From NCBI RefSeq assembly GCF_963921235.1, contig NC_086097.1, positions 86,988,001 through 87,052,000 on the forward strand: a DNA stretch of 64,000 nt, read 5' to 3'. Both the position numbers and the translations under genes were made by a program. The notes under the pieces were generated by a model. The model saw only the letters and a list, made by a program, of their open reading frames with translations. It was not told the origin of the DNA and did not search any database. Source of the stretch: Mobula hypostoma. Taxonomy: Eukaryota. Below are positions 60,638-64,000 of the stretch, in pieces (the first letter of the stretch is position 1; each line of letters opens with the position of its first letter).

Positions 60638-62774
60638 TACTTAGTAGCCAATTTAGTAGGCATTTCCTATACCTAATAAATTGAGGATACTTTCGTGGTC
60701 TTTGGTTGCTGTAGCCCATCCACTTCAAATTTCAGTGTGTTGTGCATTCAGAGATGCTCTTCTGCACACCACTGCTATAACATGTGGTTGTTTGAGTTAC
60801 TGTCACTTTCCTGTCAGCTTGAACCAGTCTGGTTAATCTCCTCTGACCTCTCTCATCAACGTGTTTTTGCCCCCACAGAATTTCCTCTCACTGGATTTTT
60901 TTTGTTTTATGTACCATTCTCCATAAACTCTCGAGACTGTTGTGTGTGAAAAGAAAGTTCAAAGTTTAACTTATTATCAAAGTACACACATGTCATCACG
61001 TACAACCCCAAGATTCATTTTCCTGCGGGCATACTCAGCAAATCTATAGAACAGTCACTGTAAGCAGGATCAAAGAACAACAACTATGTAAATGCAGATA
61101 TACATAAATAGCAATAAATAACAAGAGCATGAAATAACTAGATAAAGAGTCCTTAAAGTGAGATCATTAGTTGTGGGGACATCAGAAGCAGAAAGGGTGT
61201 AGTTATCCTCTTTTGTTCAAGAGCCTGATGGTTGAGGGTTATAATTGTTCTTGAAACTGGTGGTGCAAGTCTGAAGGTTCCTGTACCTTCTTCCTGATGG
61301 CAGGAGTGATAAGAGAGCATGGTCTGGGTGGTGAGGATCTTTGATAAAGGATGCTGCTTTTCTATGGCAATATTTCATGTAGATGTGCTTAATGGTTTGC
61401 ACATTATCTTTACTGGTGATGTTCTGTGCCAAATCCACTACCTTATGCAAGATTTTCCACTCAAAGCCTTTGGTGTTCCCATACCAGGCTGTAATGCAGC
61501 CAATCAGCACACTTTCCACAACACATCTATATAAGTTTGTCAAGGTTTTTGATGTCATGCCAAATCGCTGCAGGATCCAAAGGAAGTAGAGGCGCTGTTG
61601 TGCTTTCTTTGCCACTACATTTTGTATGTCCAGGACAGGTCCTCAGAGATAGCAACACCCAGGAATTTAAAGTTACTGACCCTCTCCACCTCTGATCTTC
61701 CGATGACTATTGGCTCATGGACTTCTGGTTTCTCTCTCCTGAAGTCTACAATCAGTTCCTTGGTCTTATTCACATTGAGTGAGAGGTTGTTGTTATGACA
61801 CCTCTCAGCCAAATTTTCAATCTTCTTCCTGTATGCTGATTCATCACCACCTTTGATACAGCCCACAACAGTGGAGTCATCAGCAAAGTTGTTTATGGTG
61901 TTGAAGCTGTACTTAGCCCCATAGTCATAGGTGTAAAGTGAGAAGAGCAGAGAGCTAAGCACACAGCCTTGTGGTGCACCTGTGCTGATGGAGATTGTAG
62001 AGGACATGCTTTTGCCAATCCAAACTGACGGGGGTCGGCAAGTGAGGAAATCCAGAATCCAATTACACAAGGGGGTATAAAGGCCCAGGTCATGGAGTTT
62101 ACAATTAGTTTTGAGGGGATGATGGTATTGAATGTTGAGCTGCAATCAATAGACAGCATCATGATGTATGTATCTTTGCTGTTCAAATGTTCCAGGTTCA
62201 TGTGAAGAATCAATGAGTTGGCATCTACTGTGGATCTTATGCTTCGGTAGGCAAATTGGAGTGGATCTAAGTCACCACTCAGATATACTTCAACACCAGC
62301 CTCTCAAAACACTTCACCACTGTGGATATAAGTGCCATTGGATGATAGTCATTGAGTCAGGTTGCCATGCTCTTCTTGGGCACTGGTATGATTGAAGCCT
62401 GCTTGAAGCAAGATGGGTACCACACATCACACATCGCTGGAGCAAGAGGTTGAGGTTATCTGCGAACACACCAGGCAGTTGGTCAGCACAGGTCTTCAGT
62501 ACTCAGCCAGGTACTCCATTCACACCAGAAAATCCCAGGAGATCAGCAGTTTCTGAGGTACTCAAACCATTCTGTCTGGCACCAACAATCATTCCATGGT
62601 CAAGTCAGACAGATCTCATTTCTTCCCCATTCTGATGTTTGATCTAAACAACTGAACCTCTTGACCATGTTTGCATGCTTTTATGCACTGAGTTGCTGAC
62701 AGATGATTGGCTGATTAGATATTTGCATTAATGAGCAAGTGTAAAGGTGTACCTAATAAAGTGACCACTGAGTG
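60638..62774. mobile_element. Non-autonomous Tc1-like element split by Rex1 (pieces 60638-60951 and about 62525-62774)
   Basis: Right TIR GGTGTACCTAATAAAGTGACCACTGAGTG followed by TA; degenerate left TIR at 60638. Confidence 0.75.
60952..62520 (-). mobile_element. Rex1/Babar LINE (RT and 3' end)
   Basis: [45 protein letters not shown] and KKAQQRLYFL motifs; TTTGAAC tail. Confidence 0.95.
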
Positions 62775-62879
62775 TATAATAAATAAACAACATAGATTCA
62801 GTCAAGCAGCATTTGTGAAAAGAGAGATCCTTTCTTAGAATTGGGAGACTGCAGTGTTTACAGTTTTCAAACCTGTGAG

Positions 62880-63192
62880 GTCCATAACACATAGGAGCTG
62901 AATTAGGTCATTCGGCCCATCAAGTCTGCTCTGCCATTCCATCTTATTTTACCATTCAACCCCATTCTCCTCCCTGTAACCTGACACTCTTGCTAATCAA
63001 GAACCTATTAATCTTCACAAATATAGCCAATGACGTGGCCTCCATAGCTATCTGTGGCAATGAATTCCAAAGATTCACCACCCTCTGGCTAAAGAAATTC
63101 CTCATCATCCCTATTCTAATGGAATGTCCTTCTACTCTGAGGCTGAGCTTTCTGGTTCTAGACTCTTATCCTCTCCAAGTCCACTCTATTTA
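62880..63192 (-). mobile_element. CR1 3' fragment
   Basis: SQRVVNLWNSLPQ motif and CR1 terminal stem-loop. Confidence 0.85.
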
Positions 63193-63600
63193 AGCAAAGT
63201 TGTCCTTTTAAAGGTTTGTCCTATATGGCTTAGCGCAGGGGTAAGACAAAAACCTATATGAGATGGCTGAAGACAGATCAGGTGATAAGGAACATGAGAA
63301 TTAACCATTAACAAGATATTATAAAGAAATCAGATGACAAAGGGACATAGTCATGTTAATGGAAAAGAGTGAAAGCATAATTTACACAAAGTTAGAAGTT
63401 GTAATTCTATCTTGAGATGGACTTCACAATGTAGGTCACCACAGAGAGACAGGGTGGATTGTGAGTGGGATTAAAGTGTCATGCAGCAAGAAGTTAAGGA
63501 CACAACATGCTGAGGTCATTGTGCAAAGTTTCATTAACAGCAGGTTTGTTTTGGTAGCATTTAATATGATCAAAGAACTCAACAAAAAGACCCTGGCTAA

Positions 63601-63705
63601 TCATAAACACAAGACATTCGGCAGATGCTGGAAATCTTGAGCAACACACACAAAATGCTGGAGGAAAAAACAGCAAATCAGACAACATCCATTGAGGGAA
63701 TAATC
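63601..63705. mobile_element. Penelope-derived short repeat, partial
   Basis: cataaacacaaga.attc.gcagatgctggaa.tc matches 35181 onward. Confidence 0.7.
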
Positions 63706-64000
63706 GGCCAACATTAAGTGACTCTGAATTGAAATCAATAAATGGCAGGAAATTATTTTGGTAGCAACATCATTGCTTATAACATTCATACAAGATTATA
63801 TCTGGTGGATATCTGGTGCAATTGGAAGACACACCTGGAAAATTGTTCTTGATTGCTGGAGTTTATCAGATCATTAAACGTAACCATGCAGTGAACACGG
63901 TAGGAAATCGTTTGAATGTAATGTGCTTATGGGTTCATAAACCTTGAAGGCTTTGTTTCTATGAGTTAATGTGATCAATAAACCCAGCAGGGAAAAAAAA

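Overview
Repeat-saturated, AT-rich vertebrate non-coding DNA (intron or intergenic), most likely from a cartilaginous fish such as a ray or shark. That guess is an inference from the repeat mix: abundant CR1 and Rex1/Babar LINEs and HE1/V-domain SINEs. I found no convincing host exon, tRNA, rRNA or CRISPR array, and nearly all ORFs in the track are transposon fragments or their antisense shadows. The main elements are: a full-length degenerate Sushi/Tf1-like chromovirus with both LTRs and an 11-nt self-priming signal (21667-26357); a degenerate class I-like endogenous retrovirus with a tRNA-Ser PBS, gag, RNase H and integrase but no visible protease/RT (about 30.3-34.7 kb); two long CR1 copies; a TSD-flanked ORF1-only 'half-L1' (40682-42490); a CR1>Penelope>RTE triple nest with hammerhead-like motifs (44.3-50.1 kb); two hAT transposase relics; a fused dimer of Harbinger deletion derivatives (58502-60362); pogo-type and Tc1-type MITEs; solo LTRs; and a dispersed short repeat carrying a decayed minimal hammerhead ribozyme. 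Family names come from motif recognition by eye, not database searches, and boundaries of old degenerate copies are approximate.
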